Under the pieces are notes generated by a model. The model was not told where the DNA came from. It saw nothing but the letters and a program-made list of their open reading frames with translations, and made no database searches. The translations under genes were made by a program, and so were the position numbers. Below, one piece after another: positions 1 through 6,777 of a stretch of DNA of 64,000 nucleotides; positions within the stretch are counted from its first letter, which is position 1; each line of letters starts with the position of its first letter. Source of the stretch: a virus. Location of the stretch: positions 9,884-73,883 of the IMG/VR virus record IMGVR_UViG_3300033273_000208; one strand, written 5' to 3'.

Positions 1-185
1 AACTGCGGTACATGTGGAATGAACAACAGTTCCAAACTCTCATTCCTAAGTTAAAGACACCAGGCAAAACCATCCCACAATATATGAATGACTCATGGTA
101 TTGGTTAGGGTGGGGTATCCATGGCAATCGTACCCACTATGCATATCAATACCATCGAAAGATGGAACTGAAATATGTAATGTGA
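1..185 (+). CDS. 3' end of a probable phage-tail-lysozyme-like protein (partial)
   Basis: Frame from nt 3 reads LRYMWNEQQF...PGKTIPQYM..WYWLGWGIHGNRTHYAY..., recalled as cyanophage Phage_lysozyme2-like C-terminus; stop TGA 183-185 lies inside the promoter box GTGACA. Confidence 0.5.
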   Translation, partial: LRYMWNEQQFQTLIPKLKTPGKTIPQYMNDSWYWLGWGIHGNRTHYAYQYHRKMELKYVM

Positions 186-241
186 CAATCCAATAACCTT
201 CACACGGGGCAGCGTTGCTGCCCCGTTTCTGTGTGTATAAT
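182..241 (+). promoter_or_regulatory. early promoter repeat, copy 1
   Basis: GTGACA 182-187, CTTCAC 198-203, TATAAT 236-241; 10-bp GC-rich inverted repeat 204-226 in between. Confidence 0.75.
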
Positions 242-266
242 GAAGAGGTCCAAACGACACAAGACA

Positions 267-782
267 ATGGCAGGCGGCATTCAGAAAGGCATGGTTGCTA
301 CTGATGCACATGCACGCAAACTTGACAACCAATGTAAAGTCCTCAAAGAGGAGATTGCAGACGTTTTGCAATACACTGGTGTGACATTACAGAAAAAACT
401 GAAGAAGAATCAAATCCCTGGTGGTAAGGGTGCTTGCGAACCTGATGGTGGCGCATGGTTCTACAAAGGCAAACTGATTGCAGTGTTTGAAGGTAAGAAA
501 CAGCAGGACGCTGGTAATGCTATCGAACGCTGGTTCAAGAACAACTACATCTGCCGCAAGATTAACCCTGATGTGTCATACGTCACCTTTGCAATCGGTG
601 ATGGTGCATACTCTGATGGTGTGATCGGTAAGGCACTCAACGTTGCACATCTTGATGGGTTTGATACATATAATGCTGGTGGCAACTCTTGCTTCTTTAA
701 CACTCAAGGTTTTACAAAAGAAGAGATCCGTGCTATCATGATTAAAGTCCTTGCAGAGCGTATTCAGAATGAGGATAGTTGA
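267..782 (+). CDS. EcoRI/MunI-family PD-(D/E)xK endonuclease (minimal, no adjacent methylase)
   Basis: PDGG (441-452), EGKKQ, AGNAIERWFKN, YVTF..G are collinear with EcoRI PDGG..EAKHQ..AGNAIERSHKN..YVLF..G; start moved to ATG 267, downstream of the -10. Confidence 0.8.
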   Translation: MAGGIQKGMVATDAHARKLDNQCKVLKEEIADVLQYTGVTLQKKLKKNQIPGGKGACEPDGGAWFYKGKLIAVFEGKKQQDAGNAIERWFKNNYICRKINPDVSYVTFAIGDGAYSDGVIGKALNVAHLDGFDTYNAGGNSCFFNTQGFTKEEIRAIMIKVLAERIQNEDS

Positions 783-1338
783 CAACTACTTTCCACAATG
801 GATGGTGGATAAGAATGCAGAAGAGTTCCAACTTATACCCGTAACTTATACCAACTCACCCTACGGTCAGTATGAAGTGAGTCGGTTCTTTGGTCAGTTA
901 CTTATCGATGAGGAGCGATGGATTGCACCTATCGCCCCTCATTGGTTTGTGGACTATTTGCATATGTGTGTATGCAATGATCTCTTGTTGGACTATAAAA
1001 TCCAAAAACTTGATCGCTGCCTGCTGAACGTGCAAACACCTGGGCAGAACGCCCAAAGTCACACGGATTGGGATGTTCTAAAGGAAAGCGACAGAATCAG
1101 TGGTCTGTATTACATCAGAGGCGATGGTGACACTCTATTTGTTAATGAACAGGGTGATACTATGAGTGTTGAGTGCAAACCAGGGCGATTAGTGCTGTTT
1201 GACAGTACAATATGGCATGAGGGTTGTCCTCCTGTGAGTGAACCTATTCGATACACTCTCGGGTATGTCTGGAAGTGTGCCAGTCCACTCTCTGTCCACG
1301 ATCCCCAGGATTTGTGCAACCCTGTGCCTATACTATGA
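769..1338 (+). CDS. 2OG-Fe(II) oxygenase (prolyl-4-hydroxylase-like)
   Basis: HTD...GDT.F...PGRLVLFDS..WH...R iron/2OG motifs; overlaps the nuclease stop. Confidence 0.8.
   Translation: MRIVDNYFPQWMVDKNAEEFQLIPVTYTNSPYGQYEVSRFFGQLLIDEERWIAPIAPHWFVDYLHMCVCNDLLLDYKIQKLDRCLLNVQTPGQNAQSHTDWDVLKESDRISGLYYIRGDGDTLFVNEQGDTMSVECKPGRLVLFDSTIWHEGCPPVSEPIRYTLGYVWKCASPLSVHDPQDLCNPVPIL
1277..1334 (+). promoter_or_regulatory. early promoter repeat, copy 2
   Basis: GTGCCA 1277-1282, TGTCCAC 1293-1299, TATACT 1329-1334. Confidence 0.75.
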
Positions 1339-1360
1339 GGGTACCAAACAAGGACACCAA

Positions 1361-1543
1361 ATGTACGGAATCCGCCCCGCTCGTTACACCATCGAGGAAC
1401 TGGTTGCACAGTCCCGCAATACTATCCGCAACGTGGAAAGTGTCACTCAACCCCAACCGATCGTGTGGTGCTCAACTAACGGTCGCTATGTTGTGAACCC
1501 TGAGTTTGCACAGTGGAAGAACGGTAAGTTCCAAGAAGTGTGA
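1361..1543 (+). CDS. hypothetical early protein (60 aa)
   Basis: ATG 1361 follows promoter copy 2 and AGGA; MYGIRPARYTIEEL... Confidence 0.65.
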   Translation: MYGIRPARYTIEELVAQSRNTIRNVESVTQPQPIVWCSTNGRYVVNPEFAQWKNGKFQEV

Positions 1544-1551
1544 TAGAATAT

Positions 1552-1583
1552 GGGGAAATCATTAAGAATGTCCTGATTTCCCC
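1552..1583 (+). terminator. intergenic hairpin (terminator-like)
   Basis: GGGGAAATCA-N12-TGATTTCCCC, weak T tract. Confidence 0.45.
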
Positions 1584-1622
1584 ACTTTCATGCTTAAATA
1601 CTATTAACTTCGCAAGATAAGC

Positions 1623-1814
1623 ATGGATTGGAGCAGCACCACAAAACAACAGAAACGTAAGGATGCATTTCACATCTTTTACGAAAGTGTGTTGAAACCC
1701 GATCATGAACTCCGTCAGGATGCTCATGAACAACAATGTTATCATGAGTTGTTAGAATGGAGGGGCGAAATCATCGCTTATCTCGATAAGCGTCGCAACG
1801 AAGAGTTTAACTAA
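1623..1814 (+). CDS. cyanophage hypothetical protein
   Basis: 63-aa ORF; TTAAATA late-like element about 1594. Confidence 0.7.
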   Translation: MDWSSTTKQQKRKDAFHIFYESVLKPDHELRQDAHEQQCYHELLEWRGEIIAYLDKRRNEEFN

Positions 1815-2047
1815 TGACCCAACACTTTACATGCACATCCACTGAACCATATGATCGCCATTGGTATAAAGTATGGTGCAAAGATAACACATGTAAAGTG
1901 TTTCAATCATATGATGAAGTCTTGACCGTTTATTGGAACTTTCACCAACACATTTCTCATGTCGAAGTCATTGACCCCAGACCAGAATCCGAAGGAGGAT
2001 TTGCAACTAACACCCGAAGACGACGGTCTAAGGGTAAGCGAAAATGA
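1814..2047 (+). CDS. hypothetical protein
   Basis: TAATG stop/start coupling; 77 aa. Confidence 0.7.
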   Translation: MTQHFTCTSTEPYDRHWYKVWCKDNTCKVFQSYDEVLTVYWNFHQHISHVEVIDPRPESEGGFATNTRRRRSKGKRK

Positions 2048-2213
2048 AGATGGAACTTTACAAATAGAGTGGGATCCTAATGATGCACGTTGGTCTATGT
2101 TCAATGACTTCACTGAGCAAGACTTCATCGACATGGTTACATCCTATTGCAAGACAGTTCTAGATGAACATGGTGTAGATTATTCTGACATCATTGAGGA
2201 AGATGAACTGTGA
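1959..2213 (+). CDS. acidic hypothetical protein (start uncertain, possibly TTG 2001)
   Basis: ENEDGTLQIEWDPND motif typical of small cyanophage ORFs. Confidence 0.65.
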   Translation: MSKSLTPDQNPKEDLQLTPEDDGLRVSENEDGTLQIEWDPNDARWSMFNDFTEQDFIDMVTSYCKTVLDEHGVDYSDIIEEDEL

Positions 2214-2380
2214 TCACAGCATACATTGCATCTCTCACATTTGCATTAGGTGGAGCACTTGGTTTTAAGGTAGGTGTATTCCTTGGATGGAAATGGGGTG
2301 CAGATGATGAACGTTATGTTGCATCCAAACTTAGACAACAAGCAGCACACGAGTTAGTTATCAAAGACCCATGGCAATAG
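2210..2380 (+). CDS. 56-aa single-TM protein (not in ORF track)
   Basis: GTGA overlap; MITAYIASLTFALGGALGFKVGVFLGWKWG...; fills the gap between neighbours. Confidence 0.6.
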   Translation: MITAYIASLTFALGGALGFKVGVFLGWKWGADDERYVASKLRQQAAHELVIKDPWQ

Positions 2381-2586
2381 TAGTAAGACAGAAACGTCCA
2401 GTTGAACAAACATGGGACTTTGATGATATTGACAGTGCTAAAGAGTTCGCTTACAATCAATACCACGAGAAAAGAGAACTGGTCACCGTGGAGATTGATG
2501 GTGCTATTGTGTGCCTATTCAGTGATCCAGATCCAAATCTATCAAACGCTGACTCACACCTAGACTACAGGAATCAAACACTATGA
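2371..2586 (+). CDS. hypothetical protein
   Basis: 71-aa ORF in tightly packed cluster. Confidence 0.65.
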   Translation: MAIVVRQKRPVEQTWDFDDIDSAKEFAYNQYHEKRELVTVEIDGAIVCLFSDPDPNLSNADSHLDYRNQTL

Positions 2587-2828
2587 CACCCCGCCGCCTC
2601 ACAATCCGCCAACTCAACATCATTCTAGATTCACTCGCATCGTATCATCTAGAGGTTGAATCCTTTGACAATGATGAACTGGTTTCAGAAGTGTGGGATA
2701 CGATTGATCTCATCGGTAACTATCGTGAGTGGATGATGCATCAATCGATCACGGATAACAGTGACATTGATGTACCTTACGATGAGATCACTAAGTTCTT
2801 CGAGGTGGGTGAGATTGGTGCACCATAA
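2583..2828 (+). CDS. acidic hypothetical protein
   Basis: ATGA overlap; 81 aa. Confidence 0.7.
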   Translation: MTPRRLTIRQLNIILDSLASYHLEVESFDNDELVSEVWDTIDLIGNYREWMMHQSITDNSDIDVPYDEITKFFEVGEIGAP

Positions 2829-2861
2829 TATCTATTTGCCCCATCGACCCTCTATGCCCCC

Positions 2862-2919
2862 GTGACAGTCGGCAAAGCGGTCTACAGGCGCTTGTGGACG
2901 CCTCTCAGGCGTGTATTAT
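2862..2919 (+). promoter_or_regulatory. early promoter repeat, copy 3
   Basis: GTGACA 2862-2867, GGTCTAC 2879-2885, TATTAT 2914-2919. Confidence 0.75.
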
Positions 2920-2943
2920 TAAAGAGTCAAAGGAACGCACCTC

Positions 2944-3216
2944 ATGCAACTTTCCAACTCCGTCTGCATCGTTGACTTCTTCCCCGAGGCATTTATTGCC
3001 GAGGCATGTGAAGAAAAGGGTGTAAAGACTGTCGTCAAGCGTTTTATCAAGCGTGTGACTTTCCCTTCTGATTATGGCAAAGCACAGCAATCTTGGTCTG
3101 TTGTTACTGCTCTCACCTTCTCCAATGAGGTCGCTGAGCGTATTGCTAACGGCGCTGTGGTTACTGGTTTCAACACTGAAAAGTGCCCTGACTCCTATAC
3201 TCCTTGCTTCTGCTGA
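2944..3216 (+). CDS. hypothetical early protein
   Basis: follows promoter copy 3 and AAGGA; 90 aa. Confidence 0.75.
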   Translation: MQLSNSVCIVDFFPEAFIAEACEEKGVKTVVKRFIKRVTFPSDYGKAQQSWSVVTALTFSNEVAERIANGAVVTGFNTEKCPDSYTPCFC

Positions 3217-3218
3217 TC

Positions 3219-3476
3219 ATGTTCCCCATTTATATCCAGCAACCCCCATCTGTGGGGTTCGCTGTTGATGAGATTCCCGTTGAGATTGTTCAGTATTGTG
3301 CTGACTTTACTCAACTCAATCCCTACGATCAATACAACAAAATGGAGCAAGATCTCCGTTTAGTTGACTGTTACTGGATGCATCTTGGTTATTATGGAAC
3401 TCCTGCAAACATTATGGAAGAAGTTCGACGCGAACATTTCCGCACTCGTCCACCTCTACGTCCTGTCTTTGATTGA
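3219..3476 (+). CDS. hypothetical protein
   Basis: ATG just after the upstream stop. Confidence 0.65.
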   Translation: MFPIYIQQPPSVGFAVDEIPVEIVQYCADFTQLNPYDQYNKMEQDLRLVDCYWMHLGYYGTPANIMEEVRREHFRTRPPLRPVFD

Positions 3477-3601
3477 TGCCTGACACTTACACTTTCACTG
3501 GTGATGCTGTTACCTTCCTTGGTTTGGTTGGTGTTACTTCGGCGTTTATCATTGTTGTTACTGCTTTCCGTCGTTTCTTCAACTCTCCTTACAACAAGTG
3601 A
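3476..3601 (+). CDS. 41-aa single-TM micropeptide (not in ORF track)
   Basis: TGATG and GTGA coupling at both ends; MPDTYTFTGDAVTFLGLVGVTSAFIIVVTAFRRFFNSPYNK. Confidence 0.7.
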   Translation: MPDTYTFTGDAVTFLGLVGVTSAFIIVVTAFRRFFNSPYNK

Positions 3602-3810
3602 GCACTACAGTTTCTAAAGTCTTCAACGCGATTGATTTCACTGATAGTGAAGCAAACTGCTTGCTTCATTTCTTACAACAAGCACAAGAATGTGGGTATC
3701 CTAGTGCTAACGAACCCTACTACCCCACGATTAACACAATCCTGAACAAATACTACACCGAACTCAACAACCAAGAGCAAAACTGCACGTTTCGTGAGTA
3801 TGACTACTGA
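3598..3810 (+). CDS. hypothetical protein
   Basis: GTGA overlap; 70 aa. Confidence 0.65.
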   Translation: MSTTVSKVFNAIDFTDSEANCLLHFLQQAQECGYPSANEPYYPTINTILNKYYTELNNQEQNCTFREYDY

Positions 3811-4018
3811 ATACACTAGAGAACAACTTATCGATGCATTATGTGCAGAGTGGGATTATCTCTGCCATGATGATTTCGATCCTGATGTAGATCCCACGAC
3901 AGAAGAGTATCGTGAAGATCTCAACAACTATACTCTCGAACAGTTAATCGCAGAAACGAATACTGACGAGGATGGTTACACTCTCACCGAATACATGGAG
4001 AACTATGGATGTAGTTAA
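3800..4018 (+). CDS. very acidic hypothetical protein
   Basis: MTTEYTREQLIDALCAEWDYLCHDDFDPD... Confidence 0.75.
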   Translation: MTTEYTREQLIDALCAEWDYLCHDDFDPDVDPTTEEYREDLNNYTLEQLIAETNTDEDGYTLTEYMENYGCS

Positions 4019-4091
4019 TGCTTCACTGATTGCAACTGGTTTGTTGACTCTTGGTGGTCTAATCCTGTTTTTCAAAGTAATCTATCGGTAG
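4005..4091 (+). CDS. 28-aa single-TM micropeptide (not in ORF track)
   Basis: GGAG upstream; MDVVNASLIATGLLTLGGLILFFKVIYR. Confidence 0.55.
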   Translation: MDVVNASLIATGLLTLGGLILFFKVIYR

Positions 4092-4097
4092 GGTAGT

Positions 4098-4158
4098 GTG
4101 CCAGTTGGTCAAACCGTCCACCATCGCTTGATTTCCGCACCAATCGGTGCAATACTAT
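4098..4158 (+). promoter_or_regulatory. early promoter repeat, copy 4
   Basis: GTGCCAGTTGGTCAAACCGTCCAC 4098-4121; -10 AATACT/TACTAT 4151-4158. Confidence 0.75.
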
Positions 4159-4180
4159 GAGAGTTAAAGAAAGCAACGCA

Positions 4181-4450
4181 ATGCAACTCCTCCCAAACGC
4201 AGTCACGACCGCAACCTATCGTCGTGAGACCCGTTTTTTCTTCGATGATGATACCTCTGCGAGCGAGTTCAAGACCATCAAGAAACTGACCTCTTTTCCT
4301 GATTCTGGTGATGTCCGCCGCCGCACTTTGCGTGAGTGGCAGGAAATGAACCCCTCCATCGTTCGTATCACTTTCAAGGACACTCCTGTCCTGGTTGATA
4401 ACACTCCCGACGAGATTACCCGTTTCAAAGTAGCAAACCTCTCCCGATGA
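4181..4450 (+). CDS. hypothetical early protein
   Basis: ATG 4181 downstream of promoter copy 4. Confidence 0.7.
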   Translation: MQLLPNAVTTATYRRETRFFFDDDTSASEFKTIKKLTSFPDSGDVRRRTLREWQEMNPSIVRITFKDTPVLVDNTPDEITRFKVANLSR

Positions 4451-4587
4451 TTACACAACAAGACCGTGAGTTTGTTGACTTTTTGTTTAGCAAACTCACG
4501 AAGCATGTTGACACCGACATGATAGATTTGCAGGATGATGATACCTGCTGTGACCATCTTAACTTTCAACAACTCGAACTCTTCTGA
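4447..4587 (+). CDS. 46-aa acidic peptide ending QQLELF (not in ORF track)
   Basis: ATGA overlap; MITQQDREFVDFLFSKLTKHVDTDMIDLQDDDTCCDHLNFQQLELF. Confidence 0.7.
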   Translation: MITQQDREFVDFLFSKLTKHVDTDMIDLQDDDTCCDHLNFQQLELF

Positions 4588-4608
4588 ACACTCTTAACTA
4601 ACACTCTC

Positions 4609-4869
4609 ATGCTTAAGAAAGTCTCCGAGTCTAAACAAACACCTTCACCAGTTATTGTCAACAAAGGAAAGCATGGATACAACTGCTGGGTGTATGTAAG
4701 CACGATTCAGAAGAATCAAAACACTTACCATAAGTATAAAGTTGCCAACAAGTTTGGCAAGAAGTTTGTATCTAAAAAGGATGCACTTATGTACGGTTGG
4801 GCAACAATCAACGGACACGATGTTTCAACCTATGATGTACCAATGCGACACAAACCAGTCGCTCGCTGA
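4609..4869 (+). CDS. basic hypothetical protein
   Basis: 86 aa, Lys-rich. Confidence 0.65.
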   Translation: MLKKVSESKQTPSPVIVNKGKHGYNCWVYVSTIQKNQNTYHKYKVANKFGKKFVSKKDALMYGWATINGHDVSTYDVPMRHKPVAR

Positions 4870-4873
4870 CGGT

Positions 4874-4946
4874 GTGACAGTTCCTCAGGTGGTTTCTCGG
4901 TTTTGTATCACCACGAACTACCTGGGTCTGGCATCTCGTGTATCTT
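4874..4946 (+). promoter_or_regulatory. early promoter repeat, copy 5 (about 15 bp longer)
   Basis: GTGACAGTT 4874; TCGTGTATCTTAGA shared with copy 6; TATCTT 4941-4946. Confidence 0.65.
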
Positions 4947-4973
4947 AGAAACATGGAAAACAACCAAACCGAC

Positions 4974-5201
4974 ATGACCATCACTCCCGCATTCATCGAT
5001 GCTCTCGATAGCGTGCAGGCGTTCTGTCTTGACATGAACCCCGACATCGATATGGCATACGATTACGTCTGCGAGCAGGCAGGAATCGACTCCTTTGTTT
5101 GCAACAATGCTGCATGGGATATGTTCTACGATGTGTGGGAAAAGATCATGGATGACAACAATGTCCCTGATCATGTTCGTGCTGGTGACTATCGCTACTG
5201 A
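4974..5201 (+). CDS. acidic hypothetical early protein
   Basis: ATG 4974 (alternative 4953) after promoter copy 5. Confidence 0.7.
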   Translation: MTITPAFIDALDSVQAFCLDMNPDIDMAYDYVCEQAGIDSFVCNNAAWDMFYDVWEKIMDDNNVPDHVRAGDYRY

Positions 5202-5238
5202 TTCACGACTTTCTCACACTAACCCCACTCAAATCATC

Positions 5239-5436
5239 ATGAATCGTTACTGCATCGAAGTTGACCGCATTGAACGTGATGGCAGCATTTTCCACCTCGT
5301 TCAATATAGGGAACTGAAACCCACTAAATCACTCTGGGCACACAAACTGCAGTTGGAAAAACTCACTAATCGCATTGCTGAGGAACTCAAATACTATCAA
5401 GTTCCTTACAAACGCTATAGCGTGAGCATGGCGTAA
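5239..5436 (+). CDS. hypothetical protein
   Basis: MNRYCIEVDRIE...; ATG after short C/A-rich leader. Confidence 0.65.
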   Translation: MNRYCIEVDRIERDGSIFHLVQYRELKPTKSLWAHKLQLEKLTNRIAEELKYYQVPYKRYSVSMA

Positions 5437-5483
5437 TGCCTCCCAAATACGACGCAAACTGGTTCACTAACTACAACAAAACA

Positions 5484-5654
5484 ATGGCAACTTACAACCC
5501 CTACGTTGATACCCTCGTCGAGATGGGTTACGATCGCACTGACTGCCAGATGGCAGGTCGTGATGCTACCTATCCTCGTACGATTCACGGTCGTGTTTTT
5601 AACACCAAAGAAGAGTACGATGAGGCACTCGCTGACTTTATCAACGGTCTCTGA
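5484..5654 (+). CDS. hypothetical protein (start 5484 or 5436)
   Basis: MATYNPYVDTLVEMGYD... Confidence 0.65.
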   Translation: MATYNPYVDTLVEMGYDRTDCQMAGRDATYPRTIHGRVFNTKEEYDEALADFINGL

Positions 5655-5662
5655 TTAACATC

Positions 5663-5824
5663 ATGCGAATCATTCTTGCTTCAGTAGTTGTAATCTTTGG
5701 CAGCATGATTGGTCTTGCTGCTATCAACTCAGTCTCTCAAATGCAGGACGCTAAGATGACACGATTCTGCAAACAAATCCCCGTAGGCGCATCCTACGAT
5801 GAAATGTGCGCTAAGTATCGTTAA
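5663..5824 (+). CDS. 53-aa membrane-anchored/secreted peptide with Cys pair (not in ORF track)
   Basis: MRIILASVVVIFGSMIGLAAIN...FC...MC; fills intergenic gap. Confidence 0.65.
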   Translation: MRIILASVVVIFGSMIGLAAINSVSQMQDAKMTRFCKQIPVGASYDEMCAKYR

Positions 5825-5864
5825 TCACGCGCAACACTAACTAACAACAATCACACACACAATC

Positions 5865-6086
5865 ATGGACCGCTCTGAAATCCAACGCCAATATGTTGAC
5901 TGCATCGTTGATGGCATGGACCTTGACGATTGCTTGGCACTGTTAAAAGATTGCCTCAATGCTGACCTGGAAGTGTATAGTGACAAGGAACTGATTGAAG
6001 AGGTTAATCAATACTATCCTCACCTGATTGAAGAGGATAGTGAAGAGAATAGTGAGGAACCAAGCGAAGCGACGGGTTGGCAGTGA
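5865..6086 (+). CDS. very acidic hypothetical protein
   Basis: 73 aa; stop TGA lies within GTGACA of promoter copy 6. Confidence 0.75.
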   Translation: MDRSEIQRQYVDCIVDGMDLDDCLALLKDCLNADLEVYSDKELIEEVNQYYPHLIEEDSEENSEEPSEATGWQ

Positions 6087-6140
6087 CAGTTGGACAAACC
6101 GTCCACTATCACCGCACAGACCCCTAAGATCGTGTATCTT
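6083..6140 (+). promoter_or_regulatory. early promoter repeat, copy 6
   Basis: GTGACAGTTGGACAAACCGTCCAC 6083-6106 (22/24 identical to copy 4); TATCTT 6135-6140. Confidence 0.8.
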
Positions 6141-6144
6141 AGAG

Positions 6145-6224
6145 AAGTGGAGGGGAACAGGACACCCGATCATCACTCCTAGCGAGTCAGTTGGCAACTC
6201 TACTGCTGATGATAAACTCCACTT
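6145..6224 (+). ncRNA. candidate structured leader / small RNA
   Basis: nested inverted repeats AAGTGGAG/CTCCACTT, ATCATCA/TGATGAT, GAGT/ACTC beginning at the predicted +1. Confidence 0.4.
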
Positions 6225-6257
6225 TTTCCTAACACTTTTCACCTCTCTTTTCTCATC

Positions 6258-6590
6258 ATGCGTAAAATCGAGCAGGCAATGAACACCGCCATCGCTAACA
6301 ACGACAACTGGCAATCTGGCAATACTTCTGTTCACTTTAACGAGGAAGAAAACCTCTCCGTTGTGCGTCTGCACGGCAACAAGATTGCCGAGATCGGTGA
6401 GGGTTTCATCCGCCTCTTTGACGGCGGTTGGCAATCCAACACCACCAAATCTCGTCTGAATGCTATTCTCTCTGAGCACGGAGAATGTGGTGATAAAGTA
6501 TTCGCAAAGGACTTCGATTGGTTCCTGCAAATGAATACTGCCCAAGGTCTTTCTGTTGTTCCTTTCTTCTCTTCGATGCGCCTGGGTTGA
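6258..6590 (+). CDS. conserved phage hypothetical protein
   Basis: MRKIE...LHGNKIA...DGGWQSNTTKSRLNA, recalled as a recurrent cyanophage early family. Confidence 0.8.
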   Translation: MRKIEQAMNTAIANNDNWQSGNTSVHFNEEENLSVVRLHGNKIAEIGEGFIRLFDGGWQSNTTKSRLNAILSEHGECGDKVFAKDFDWFLQMNTAQGLSVVPFFSSMRLG

Positions 6591-6775
6591 TGTTGAAAGC
6601 ACTCAACAAATCTCGTTCCGCTAACTACTATGCGAATCAAGTGAAAGTATTGCTTTTGATTGTAATCGGCGTCCTTATCTATCACTCACAGGACGCCCGA
6701 TTCTTTATCTCTGACCGCCTTCAGGATGCATCAGAGTTTATTCGTCCCGAACCCAATCTTCAGTTTCGTTATTGA
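6590..6775 (+). CDS. single-TM hypothetical protein
   Basis: TGATG coupling; VLLLIVIGVLIY. Confidence 0.65.
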   Translation: MLKALNKSRSANYYANQVKVLLLIVIGVLIYHSQDARFFISDRLQDASEFIRPEPNLQFRY

Positions 6776-6777
6776 TC

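Noticed and set aside
231-266. Track starts at 231, 751, 1238, 4157, 4938, 5095, 6518, 8546, 9048, 14077, 63223
   Set aside because: They run through promoters or deep into upstream genes; downstream starts fit better.
182-6106. Dispersed repeats as a CRISPR array or integron attC sites
   Set aside because: Spacing is 0.8-1.6 kb and irregular, each copy precedes a -10 box, and no cas or integrase gene is present.
6145-6224. tRNA gene
   Set aside because: No T-loop GTTCGA, D-loop or CCA; kept only as an unknown structured RNA candidate.
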